64,000 nt of DNA, from assembly GCA_951406725.2 (NCBI GenBank), contig OX597816.1:149482001-149546000 (forward strand). The letters run 5' to 3'. Shown here piece after piece: positions 41,515 through 53,820 of the stretch (within the stretch, counting starts at the first letter, position 1; each line of letters opens with the position of its first letter). This stretch comes from Octopus vulgaris. Taxonomy: Eukaryota. The notes under the pieces were generated by a model. The model ran no database searches. It saw only the letters and a list, made by a program, of their open reading frames with translations, and was not told the origin of the DNA. A program made the position numbers and the translations under genes.

Positions 41515-41640
41515 TGATTTCATTTGGTAATAAATTCTATCTGACCATGTAGCAGGCTCAGTTAAACTGAGAAACATACTACCCACTGCCAAATACCATT
41601 CTTTATCATATTTATTGGAATGTAAAACTTTTAGGGGAAG
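41515..41640 (-). CDS. Predicted internal exon of unrecognised host gene (LPLKVLHSNKYDKEWYLAVGSMFLSLTEPATWSDRIYYQMKS)
   Basis: Acceptor atcacag|, donor |gtatga, 126 nt, phase 0-0, 42 open codons in non-repeat DNA; phase fits the next exon. Confidence 0.6.
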
Positions 41641-42291
41641 CTGTGATATTCAAAATTTTATAAGCACATTAATCACATAAATAAAAATAATTCCAGCAAT
41701 GAATTAAAACCCTGTTACTGAACTGTTTATAGAAAACCACCACCACATGACACACCACTTGATTAACAAATAATAATTATCCTTTCCATAAAGGCAGTGA
41801 GATGGCAGGAATGGTAAAGCACCAAGCTAAATGTCTCACAATATTTACTTTTATTTCTTCTATATGATCTGCATTCAGCTCTTTCTAGGTTGACCTTGTC
41901 TTTGAACCCAGTATGGTGTGAACAACCACTGACAATGTATTCTAGTCTATTCAACTGACAAGATATCCTAATACTACCTTTTATGTATTATTGTTTACTT
42001 GTTTCAGTCATTAGATTGCACTGTGCTTGGGCCCCACCTTGAAGAATTTTTAGTTGAATGAACCAATCCCAGTACATTTTTTTTAAAAACTTGGTTCTTA
42101 TTCTATTGGTCTCTTTTGCTTAAGTTTAAGTTACAGGGACATAAACACATCTACACCAGTTGTCAAGCAGTGGTGGGGGACAATAACAGATACAAGCACA
42201 TGCACATACACACACACACACACACACGACAAGCTTCTTTTAGTTTCCATCTACCAAATCCACTCACAAGGATTTGGTCAGTCTGAAGCTA

Positions 42292-42656
42292 GGATCTTTT
42301 CTATTCTGAAGCCAGTTTTTTCAAATTTTTCCTACTGAACCAAACAATTTGAAACTTCGTATACTGGTAGAATGTATCAAAAGTAAACTTAATTGTAAAC
42401 CAGAATGAAAACGGAATTGTAACTTCTAAGTTTAACGTTGTTTAATAATTAGAATTTTAACCAATGATATTCCGTCATTCGGCTTTATTTTATTTACTCC
42501 GTCTCGACCACCAATTTCGTGACGTATTAAACATCTTAAATGTAAACAAGTCAGCCACCTTCTAATAACAATATTTAAAACTAGTTAATAAGCCACATGT
42601 ATTAAATTGAAAATGTTTCCATTCTGTATGTCTGCATGTATGTGTGTGTGTATGTA

Positions 42657-42688
<32 letters not shown>

Positions 42689-43394
42689 GATCAAAACAGT
42701 TTGATTCAAATTCTGTGGTACTTATATATTCATACATACATATAGATGTATATAACATATATATATATTGTATGTAAACATCTTTTATAAATATATATAA
42801 TTCATGCATCTATAATACACACACATTATAAATATATACACATATATGCATATGCATTAGAATATGTGTGTATAGGTGTATATATATATATATATGCATA
42901 TGTTTGTATACATGTGTGTGTGTATAAAAATAAATATAAGCACTCAGGATCTACGCAAATTTTATATATACTCCACGAAGTTCAAAAGGTAAAAATCCGG
43001 TATTTTAAATTTTTGTTGCATTTCTAATCTTTCTGATGTCTAAGGATGGATATTTATGCGTATGAATCTTTTTCTTTTTATTTTGTTTCAAATATAATTC
43101 TAGGGAACTGAAAAACTGTGTACGTTACGATAAAGCAATTTGTCAAAATGTAAACAATTGCTTTCCACGTCACAGATAAGACTACGCAGATAATAAGTTC
43201 ACATAAATACAGACATTACGATTGGCTAAAATTCACAGTTTTAATCTACGATTAAAGTCATAAAATAGATTTTTCTCAAATAAACTAGTTCCAACTGGCG
43301 AATAAACTAGTTCCACTCTATGAGTACACGAAGTTTCAAATTATTTAGTTAACTAGAAAGATCTGGGGTCCTGGCTTCAGAATAGAAAAGATCC
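42292..43394. mobile_element. Non-autonomous TIR element (Merlin-like GG termini) with a microsatellite core, nested in a SINE
   Basis: Perfect 24-bp TIR ggatcttttctattctgaagccag plus inverted subterminal blocks; superfamily inferred only from the termini. Confidence 0.8.
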
Positions 43395-43430
43395 AGCCAA
43401 TCTTCTTACCACACAATCACACCCGTGCCT

Positions 43431-43841
43431 ATACTCTTTTACTTGTTTCAGTCATTTGACTGCAGCCATGCTGGAGCACCGCCTTTAGTCAAGCAACTCG
43501 ACCCCAGGACTTATTCTTTGTAAGGCTAGTACTTATTCTAGTGGTCTCTTTTGCTGAGCCGCTAAGTTATGGGGACGTAAACACACCAGCATCAGTTGTC
43601 AAGTGATGTTGTGGGGACAAACACAGACACACAAACTCACACACACACACACACAAACATATATATATATACATATATACGACAGGCTTCTTTAAAGTTT
43701 CTGTCTACCAAATCCACTCGCAAGGCTTTGGTTGGCCTGAGGCTATAGTAGAAGACACTTGCCCAAGGTGCCACGCAGTGGGACTGAACCCAGAACCATG
43801 TGGTTGGTAAGCAAGCTACTTACCACACAGCCACTCCTGCG
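43431..43841 (-). mobile_element. Full-length OR2-like CORE SINE
   Basis: A box TGGCTGTGTGG, B box GGTTCAGTCCC, CORE-like accttgggcaagtgtc. Confidence 0.92.
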
Positions 43842-44096
43842 CTGATCATAACTTTTAGGGCTATTAATTCACATTTAGAGATGAAACTCTTTTTAATGCT
43901 TATTCTACATTTCACTCAACTGTCCTCCAATCATCACCAGTTTAATATTCTTGGATAAGTAAATAGCACCAGATTGGATTTGAACTATTAAACTTTTATT
44001 TCTAATCTGATGAGAGTGATGCCATTATCCACTGTGCTACTGATAAACTCAACCTGTACTATATACATCCAAGAATGAGACGCATTATGACTATAC

Positions 44097-44152
44097 CAGA
44101 TCAAACCAATAGAAATATAGTGTAGATGTAAATAGCAAAAAATGTTTCAGCT
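44097..44152 (-). CDS. Candidate upstream exon (LKHFLLFTSTLYFYWFDL)
   Basis: ctcatttttag| ... |gtatag, 56 nt, phase 1-0, fits the 41640 exon; an alternative reading ending YIVQ|gttgag also exists. Confidence 0.35.
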
Positions 44153-45693
44153 CTAAAAATGAGGTTAATAGTCGGGAAATTGTCTTTGTTTTCAACTGAC
44201 AATTGACTGGGTAGATTCTAGTTTATTATGACATTTGGTCTTGTGACCAGGCAAAAGAAATCAATAACTATTCTGAATATTGGTAAAAAGGCCAAGATTA
44301 TTAGATGAAGTTGGAATGAGAAGTTACATTTATGTTCATATTTTCACTAATGATGATATTAGTAATTTGAATTACAAGAAATTATTTCAACTGATATTCT
44401 AAAGAGAGCTCTGCAGATTTAATAAAGCTATTTCTAGCATTGGCATGTAGCCTGGAATTTTCAGGGAAAGTGACATCAGGAAAATGCTGTGACATTCAAT
44501 AATATTAACAGGAGTTTATGTGAAAAGATCAAAATAAAAGAAACAGAAAGAAAAACCCATTAATCACCTCAGTTCTATTATTCTTTTGTAAATTTTCAAA
44601 ATCAAGGTTTTTCAAATCTTAATTCAAATCAACAAGATTTGAATTCTGAACATACAAGACCATAACTAAATATCACAAGACATTCTGTCCTATGTCCAAT
44701 CCACAAGTGCCATAACAAATAGCCAAAATAGTTCTCTACTGTCTGTCTAAGCTGTTGTCAAACTCACTATTGTTTACTGCAGTGCCATAAGTTCTTCAGG
44801 ACTCACTGCTGGTTAAGTTGTTAAGATAATTTGACCTACGTTGTAATGAAATAAGATATAACTTGAGGGTGCATTGCCCAGTAAATAAAGAAAAGTTAGA
44901 ATAAGAAAAAAAAAAAAAATTCTATCATCGCTTTACTATAATTTGTTCATTCAATGCTACCATAGTTTAAAACTGTGCTTGTCGCACATTTCAGTGACAC
45001 ATTACTTGAAGAAATGAATTTCTTCAATGAGTAAGAGCAATAATTGTATGTCAGTTTTAATGACTAAGCTAGACTATGGGCACTTAGTAGCAAACAGCAG
45101 CGTAACATAAATAAAAATAAACAGATCATTGTTCATTTGCAGGTTCTTATTTTAGGTGACAATTTTGTTCAGGCACTATTATTCTATAATATCTAAAACA
45201 GCTAACCTCACCAATTTTCTGCTGTTTTCTTTTAATGTAATCCTATGGAAAATGTCTCTTGTTTTTTGGATTTTCATGTCTAGATAATATTTATTTACTG
45301 GATTATGTTGAACTCTTGCAAGGTGTGAGTATACAGTTTTATGTCTTATTGGTCTTTCATTAAATAGATGCTATTGTGTAATGTTGACTGTTTTCCATTC
45401 CTTTACTTATACCTAAACCATATCTTTATATAAACTATTAGTTTATTAGGTCTTGAAATATGTATCTATTTAGCACTTCATTGCATACATACCATGAAAA
45501 AACTCTGATGTTGTACATAATATTGTTGTACATAATGTTTTGTTTGTTGTAAGTGTATTTAGGTTATGGTGATGATGCCTAGAAAGTAGGGAATTGCTTT
45601 AAAAATCTTAGTGACATAACATTAAGTTTGGGACCTCACATTGTTTTGTGGCACACCTTATATTTGTGCAATTCTCTTACTCCAGGATTGCTG

Positions 45694-45728
<35 letters not shown>

Positions 45729-46147
45729 GTTCTTAAACTAGTAACTTCATGTTTTTATATTTGTGTCTACCCTTGAATCATTTTAAAATATTTCATCTTG
45801 AAATGTAGAAAATTTTTTTAATATCTTTACTGTTTGTCTGGTGTGGAAAAGCAGTGCATATGGTAGGGATAATTAAGTGATACCCAGCTTGAATTGACCC
45901 TTAACTTGTTTGCTCATCACTGTTGTATTACAACAGTTTCTTTCTTCTTTTCAGTAATATGAGTACATTACATTGCAATTATGTACTCATATACCAGTCC
46001 ATAAACAGAGGAACAATATGTGCTAAATGTAAAAAAAAAAAAAAGATATGATACTCTTATCTATCCATACATGTGAACACTGTATAAATAGAGAAATAAT
46101 GGACTCTATTCCATAAACCTGCTCACACTTCTCACAGACTTTAAATT

Positions 46148-46187
<40 letters not shown>

Positions 46188-46565
46188 CACTTTCAGGCAA
46201 AGTACTGAGATCCATATAACTGTCTGTACTCTTTCCCTAAAAAACTTGTTATGAATCTATTACTGTGTCTGTGTGCATGTGAGTACACACAGGATTGGTT
46301 GAATTACTGTTAGTGAGAGAGAGAGAGAAACAGATAGTCAAATTAAGAGAACAAAAAGAGAGAAATAGAGATAAGAGAAAGAAGAGTAGCGTGACAAAAG
46401 AAGGCAAGGATAAAGAAATTAGGAGAGAGAATAAACAAATTTTCTCACATAAAAAATTACATATATCATCATTATTTAACATCCAGGTTCTGTGCTGACA
46501 TGGGTTGGACACCACAAATTAAATCTATCAAATACCACACACACACACACTGTGTTTGTGTTAAC

Positions 46566-46806
46566 GGAAGTCTGTGTGCATAGAGTGGGGTACATGCATG
46601 TTCAAAATGAAGTTCATAAATCTTTTTTGATGGAAGTTAATTATTTTGTGACATTTATTCACTGACTCTTTATTCCCCCCACTCTTCTGAAAAATACTGG
46701 CTCGATACACACACAAACAGTAATTGAATTGGGATATATGTAATCCAGGCGTTTGCTTCAGCATGATGCTTCTTGCAGCCTTCTGATGAATTATTTCCAC
46801 CATGTG
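46566..46806 (-). CDS. Candidate upstream exon (HMVEIIHQKAARSIMLKQTPG...MHTDF); frame ambiguous
   Basis: tttaccttcacag| acceptor and 80 open codons in non-repeat DNA; donor |gttaac is weak and a second frame is partly open. Confidence 0.4.
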
Positions 46807-47179
46807 CTGTGAAGGTAAACTTGCACAGTGTGTGGGAATAAATCAATAATTGCTGACCTGGTAACATGACACAAGACTGGTTATAATGGAAATTGACGAA
46901 ACAAATGTAAACAAAGCTATAAACATTATTTGCTAACTCCGTTCTTTGATGCCTTTTATTATATTATAATGTAAAATATATCGCGATTACAATGTAAAAT
47001 ATATATTTATTATAAATTGAATTAAAAATTATGTTTACATGCAGACTAACATACAAATTTATAGATGTGTGTATAGCTGCTTATTTAAAATCACAAATTG
47101 ATATAGTAACTCTCCAAAGACACTTAGAAGATCTAGGTTTTCTGAAGTTTTCATCTGAGAATATTCATAACATACTAAT

Positions 47180-47541
47180 AGGTGTAGGTTCCCAGTTCAA
47201 TCCCACTGCATGGCACATTGAACAAGTGTCTTCTAATTTAGCCCTGGGATGACCGAAACCTTGTGAATGGATTTGATAGACAGTAACTGAAGAAGTGTGT
47301 GTGTGTTTCTCCTTGTCTTAACAGCATGTGATTGTTCTAAACAAACATCACTGACAGACAAGTAGTGTCCTTTATTTCCAATCTTCTGTGAAAATATGTT
47401 CAACCATGGGTAAAAATTACCTGACTTGGAAACAGGTGATTGTTGGTGACAGGAAGCGTATTCAGTTGTACAAAGTCTGCTTCGGTGAACTCCACCCAAC
47501 CCATGCAGGCATGGAAAAATAGATGTTAAAATGATGATGAG
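47180..47541 (+). mobile_element. CORE SINE with OR2-like head and RTE-type tail
   Basis: Head gttcaatcccactgcatggcac..caagtgtcttct; tail ccaacccatgcaggcatggaaaaatagatgttaaaatgatgatga. Confidence 0.75.
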
Positions 47542-48612
47542 TACTGGGAGCATAGATTTTTTTCTTTCACTGTCCCATAGTGTTCTTTGACAAACATGGC
47601 AAACTCAATTGGATTACATGCTGCTGTTTTACTAGCATGCATTTGTTGGAATTATTGGTGTGTGTGTCCTTGTTTGCGTGCATATATGCATGCATGTTTT
47701 TGCAGGTGGTAAGCTCTTGCTTCTCATTTGGATGCCTAAAATTTTTGCATATGGGCACATCTTTAAGAATTAGGCCATGGATTTTTACTGATACTATCCA
47801 TAAATCTGGCTGACATTGGGTACTGCTCTTAGCCAATATATTTTATGCTTCTATTAATAAACAAAGTATATCTTCTATTATCACAAATTCTTTACACAAA
47901 AGTAGCACATTCATTATTGCCTAAAAAAAAAAAAAAATGAGAAAAAAATCAAAGAGCAACATTACATTTTTCATTATGAAAGACTGTCTCTACATACATA
48001 CATTCAGATATATATATATATATATATATATATATGCTTAAGCACAACGCAACATCACTGGAGTTAGTGTTACAATAAAATGCACCCAATACACTCTTTA
48101 TGAAGTGGTTGGTAAACAATCAGAGATAGTGCAAGATCAAGAAGGCTCTTTAGTCTGACCAGAGATATGGCATCTTCTCTAGTGTTGTTGCTATAATAAA
48201 ATGCTCCCAGTACATTCTGTAAAGTGGTTGATATTAGGAAAGGTATTATCTCTGTAATTTTTTTCTTAGTGCCTTTCTTGAAATACACAAAATAACTGGG
48301 GATTTTCTTTTTAGCATGAGTTGCAAAACTTGAAATTACAAAAGGAGTATTACAGAAAGAGAAAGTTATAACAATACTGCCTTTCTCAAATGTATAAATA
48401 ATGAATCAAAACAAACACTCCTTGACAAAAATTGAAACCTGTTTATTGACACCCAACTCAATTTAGATCTTTCAATGAATGTAAAATAATATTTTCTAAT
48501 AGAGAATGGCTTACTGAAATGATGTGAACTAATTTCATTCATATTAAAAACAATGCATGAATGATTGTCAGTTTAAAGAAAAATTATTGATTTGTTTTGA
48601 ACAGATGTATAC

Positions 48613-48668
48613 CTTCTGAGCTGTGAAGTGAAAGGCTTTGATGTTCATGCTTTTTTAAGGTCCCTTGA
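48613..48668 (-). CDS. Candidate small exon (QGTLKKHEHQSLSLHSSE)
   Basis: Strong acceptor ttttatttatttcag|, donor ag|gtatac, one open frame; linkage to other exons unresolved. Confidence 0.3.
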
Positions 48669-50299
48669 CTGAAATAAATAAAATTGCTTCACGTGATAAT
48701 CAAATAGGATCACAATTTTTGCTCATTGGTTATTTACTTCTTGATCTTTTAGACAAGCTGATTTAGAGAAAAAAATCATCTCTGACAGGCAGATATGATT
48801 TGAATGATGGGGAAATTGGAGTGTGATTTTGTTGTTTTCTAAATCATAAGTGAAGTGAAAGGTTTCAATTTTCTGAGAGCATTCCACTTGCTTTACAGTA
48901 TTTATCACAAGTAGATAGAAAAAATTAGTCTTTTATTTAAGCACAAAGCTACAGATTACATGAGAGAGGAGTGGTTTTGTGTAAGTGAAATGAAATAACT
49001 ACAGCTTGGAATAGAAACCTGGTTGCTGACTTGACCTCAAGAAGCTTACCTGTTCAGGCTTTCTAAGAATAGATACCCTCATGGTAAGAGGAAAGATACA
49101 ATTGATTAAGTCATAATCAGTTTCTTAATATTTTTCTTCTTTTATCGCATTTTTAAGGCCGATTGCAAAGTTTGACTCAACCTTCTAGAACTGCAAAATG
49201 CCTTAATGAATTCGCATATGATAACCAAGTCAGCTTCTAATTTCCACAGTAGTTTACTCTGTCTTAAGCAAAATGACTATTTTGACTAAAAAGAAACTAT
49301 TTTTGCCAGAGACATTATAATTGATTTAATCAACCATAAAGTATTTATTACTGACCTTATTTTCTAGCAAATGAGGATGTAAGACAAAAAATATTAAAAT
49401 TAGGCTAGTTTATAGGTTGTGGTCATTAAACCAAGGCCAGAAGTTTTCTCTTTTAGAACACCACATTGACATTTCTAATTTCCTTTGAAACAACATACCA
49501 CAACTTCTCATATATTCATTCTCTTTAAAATATCTTAGACTTCATGCTGATTTAAAGTACAGTTCTTAAATACTTCAAATTGCTGAGGGTTAATATAGAA
49601 CTTACAGAGAGAGTCAACAACATTATTAAGTAGTTAGCCATGATTGCTTTCGGCATTTGCAGAGGTTAGTAGATTAAATATCTTTTATTTTTAATGGCTA
49701 AATTGAAAGACTGGTAGCTAGCAACAAGAAATTAGTATTGAGTCAAAATAACTGCTTGTGACCTATTGATAAGTTAGTTCTTTAACAGAATATAGTAAAA
49801 TAACCTTGCCCTATTAAGTTAGTATTTGGAACATAAATTAACATGAAAGCTTGATGCTAATTTCTGTCCCAGACAGCAGCTTAATATGGTAAAATTATTT
49901 CAGTAAATTCATATTTTTCAAAATTAATTTACACAAAGGCGATGTATTTCAACAGAAATATGGTGTCAAAAGTGTTAACAGGATTTATTTTTTTAAATAT
50001 TTTTATAACACACAAGTTTCCTGTTGGTTCCTTCAGGTCTACTGAAGACCTTAAACACAGCACAACAAGCACTTACTAATTATAGTAGTAAGCCTTATCA
50101 ATATATAATACATATTTACAATTATACAGTGAGGGTTCAGTAACTCTGGAGCATGGTTATGCATATCACTACTTCCTTGACTGCTCATTGGACATCTGTT
50201 GGCCAGCTCTTATTGAGCTTATGAAAGTGTTGTGTATGACACTCATTCCCCCTAATTATATCTGGGTTCAGCCCAGTTAAGCACAGGTAAATTGCTAGT

Positions 50300-51060
50300 T
50301 TCATAAATAAAGTATTTCTAAATATATTAAACTAGACGTCTTGCAAACAACTTGCACATGAAAGTGCTACCAGTCGAGAACTCCACATACCGGAAGCCAG
50401 CAAGTGTATGGGGTCATCAGGAGAGAATGTGCACCATTTCGGGGCCTACCTCTCGACGGCATCAATCCACACCGGCACTCCCTCACTGATATGAGGCCCT
50501 GCCTGCTAGATCAACTGGTTATTAAATATAGCTCAACATTTCTCTAGCCATCGCTCATCATCTCTTTTTAACCAAATCCAGTGGCTAGCCTTCTCCACTG
50601 TAGTTTGGATATCGGTCATGGTGGTATTTACCTTCTGATGAGTTAGGCCTAACGATAACAACAGTTGTCTCACACTGTGTCCAACAAACTCTCTACATCC
50701 GACTTCAATTGGAAAATGCTCTGCTTTCCAGCCTGCGTCTTCACATTCCTTGAGGAGATTTACATAATGGTCAATCTTTCGAGCCCGAGCGGTATCCATG
50801 TTATCTTCATGAGGAACCGTTAACTCGACTAGATTTACAACTTTCTTTCCTTCACACCACATTAAAATATCCGGTTTTTCATAACTGGGATGGGAAAGAG
50901 TCCCTGACACTTTCCCATCTTGTTCTTCTTTTTGAAATGGATCAGCTGACCTGAGAGCACAGAGGTAATGAAATTTCTAGTTGGGACTTTCAACGGTTTT
51001 TTCTCAGTGTTGTTGAGATGAATTTAGTTCTTTATAGCATTGAAGATAACCTTAAGGACC
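50300..51060 (-). mobile_element. Second HERO-clade element 3' end; REL endonuclease frame still open (50533-50910)
   Basis: KPDILMW...LVELTVPHE...ARARKIDHY...FPIEVGCREF...EKASHWIWLKR, a PD-(D/E)xK REL domain. Confidence 0.85.
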
Positions 51061-51124
51061 AGGTTGTGTTTCCATGTATACCTGTTCAATGCTAAAGAAC
51101 AGTTGGAAAGAAAATGTTTCAGAT

Positions 51125-51520
51125 TTCTCACTGAGTGCCTGAGTAATACCTTGTAGCTTTGTTGGAGCCTGAAATATAAAGTGCAGCTTTATATATATAT
51201 ATATATATATAGGAAAAAGCATTACCAATGAGAAAGCCAACACATGGTGGCAATGAAAGACATGGGCTCCTCTCATAAATAAAGTAAGATTATTCTATTT
51301 ATAGGAGGAACCCTTGAATTTCATTGCTGATGTACATGTTGGCTTTCTCATTGGTAATGCTTTTTGTTTTTTCCCTATATATATATCTGCATAAATGTAA
51401 TTTTTTCCCCAAATAAACTGCATTTCCTATTCAAGGCTCCAATGAAGCCATAAGATGTTACTCAAGCACTCAACTATGAGTCCACTGCATCTTATAGCAG
51501 AAACAGCTGTAAGTTAATGA
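51125..51520. repeat. Degenerate palindrome (inverted Penelope pLTR-like) with a decayed hammerhead motif
   Basis: aaaaagcattaccaatgagaaagccaaca / tgttggctttctcattggtaatgcttttt, centre near 51288; right arm ends gaaacagctgtaag. Confidence 0.7.
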
Positions 51521-52879
51521 AGTTCATACGATATTTGTTTATTCCTTTGTCGTCTTATTTCCTTATATAGTTATGTAAGTTAGTCGTTAAGGAGGTTGTT
51601 CTGAAAGCATAACTGCTGGATTAAGAATAGGTTGGGACAAGTTCAGAGAGCTTACTACCTCTGTTAGTAACAACAGGTCTCTTCCTCAGAGTGAAAGGCA
51701 GGTTGTATGATACCTGTGTATAAACAGCTACGCTACATGGTAGTTAGACATGGGCTGTGACTACTGAGGATATGTGAAGGTTTGAAAGAAATGAAGCCAG
51801 TATATTCTGCTAAATAGGTAATGTCAGTGTGTATATATGACAGAGAGTATGAAAATTGTGAGAAAAACTGGGTATAAGAGGCAGCAGCTGTAGCATGCAA
51901 AAGAGAAGATTGCTCTGGTACAGTCATGTAATGTGTATGAATGTAGGCAGTTGCATCAAGAGGTGCGGATCTCTAATTGTTAAGGGAACATGTGGAAGGG
52001 GTAGAGCCAGGAAAATGTAGGATGAAGTGGTGAGAAAGGATCTACAGATGTTGAGACTCACAGAAGGGATCACCAGGGACTGAGACTCCTGGCAGTTGGT
52101 TGTGCTTGAGAAGATATGTCAAGCTAAAATTGTGGTTGTCCTTACATACAGACATCTCCTCTACATCCCTCTCCAGCTGAGTGTTTGTAATTTTGGGGGC
52201 TCATGAGTATTGGTGTCATGTAAACACACATGTGCTGGTGCTGTGTAAAAGAACTCAGTACACTCTGTAAAATGGTTGGTGTTAGGAAGGGCATCAAGCT
52301 ATAGAAACTATGACAAAACAAACATTGAGCCTGGGCAGCTCTTCAGTTGACCAGCTCCTGTCAATCCATCCAACCCAAGCCAACATGGAAAACAGACATT
52401 AAATGATAATTATATAATTAAACAGTTAATGATTTCCCTACAGCATTTCTTTGTTATCTTTCAGTTGTGTTTCATGAATGAAAATATATTCACAAGTTGC
52501 TGTTAGTCATTAGTAAGTTTTATTCTTATTACTCAATACAAATCATGTGATCAAAAATACTGCCCACAAATATTTATCAATAAGGGAGGCTTGTCCTCAG
52601 TCAAATTGTCCAACCCATGCTAGCATGGAAAGCAGACATTAAACGATGATGATGATTGTGTGGTTCAGTGTAGAGAGTTTTTCAAATTTATATTGGTTAG
52701 GATAGTTCACAGAAGCAATGTTCACTTGTGGCAACATTCAGACAAAGCTTTGGATTTTCTTTGAGGGATATTGCTAGTTATTTTATTATCTGGAACTTTT
52801 CTGATATGCTAAATCTACAGCTACATTAGACTATGGAGCAGCTGTCAACAATATTGCAAGTCATAACAGGCCACTGATG

Positions 52880-53820
52880 TTCTTAGTGCTTAATCTCTGT
52901 TAATTGGAACAAGGAAATGAAGTTTTCTTTATTCCTATACCTAAAGGAGTGAAAGTGTTGATTGTAACTTTCTTTGAAATTTTTAGCTGTGAGCACAGAG
53001 TAATTCCTTTGGATAACATTATTTTCTATAACTAATGCTTGGTATAGCACTCCTGCAGGGAAGTAAGGTTTTTTTGAGTGATTGATTTTGACATTTGCAA
53101 GATGGTTGTTGGCTGCTACATAGACATGTGTTTCTGATTGTTGCCTTTGAAGGTGGAAGTTGATAATGACTAGGTAAAACTAACTCGCATGCATTAATGA
53201 GCTTATGGTATTTGTGGAAAGTGGTACCTTGCAAAAAATAGAAAATTGCTGTCTATATTTATAAAAACATCTAAGTTATTTGGGAGTGTTTAAATTGGGT
53301 TACTTCCTTTTCTTTCCTGAGTTGCAGTGTTGGGAGTGAACTAGTTTTTTTTACAGAAGTTGTTCATGGCTAATACCTCATTATAATAGGTGGGGGCTGC
53401 TCTGTTAAAAACTGCTTTATCCAAAGTTAGATTGGAAACTCTAGTGCTACCAAGTTTCTGTTTATACACCTGTGATGACTGGAATTTTTGTGGATATATA
53501 CAATTTCCACATTTGACTTCCTGAAGGAGTAGTGCTTACTTGTCTTAAGATGCAATATATCTAAAAAGCTAATCATTAGGTTTCTAGATATTAGACAGGG
53601 TTCACCACTAAATGATTTCAGCTTATTTTACAATTAATATATGTACTCCTTTGGGTCTAGGTATAGAAAAAATTCCATTTCTCTGTCTTGTTTTAATTTG
53701 AAGCTCAGGAACAATGACTCCATTGCACTACAATAATTTGAAATATTATTGACTGAACTATTTCACATTCCAACAGGTCACTTAACTGCTGACTTGCCTG
53801 TCTGAAAAATTCTAGATAGT
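52880..53820 (-). mobile_element. Penelope-like linker and GIY-YIG remnant
   Basis: YHKLIN...SCKCQ...VLYQALV...LTAKNFKESYNQHFHSFR. Confidence 0.65.

Noticed and set aside
44054-44152. In-frame TGA in a longer exon reading, as a possible selenocysteine
   Set aside because: No SECIS seen, and alternative splice choices avoid the stop.
45284-45324. Plus-strand micro-exon candidates (also 27159-27228 and 46779-46814)
   Set aside because: Isolated, with no phase-consistent chain; the latter two overlap better minus-strand candidates.
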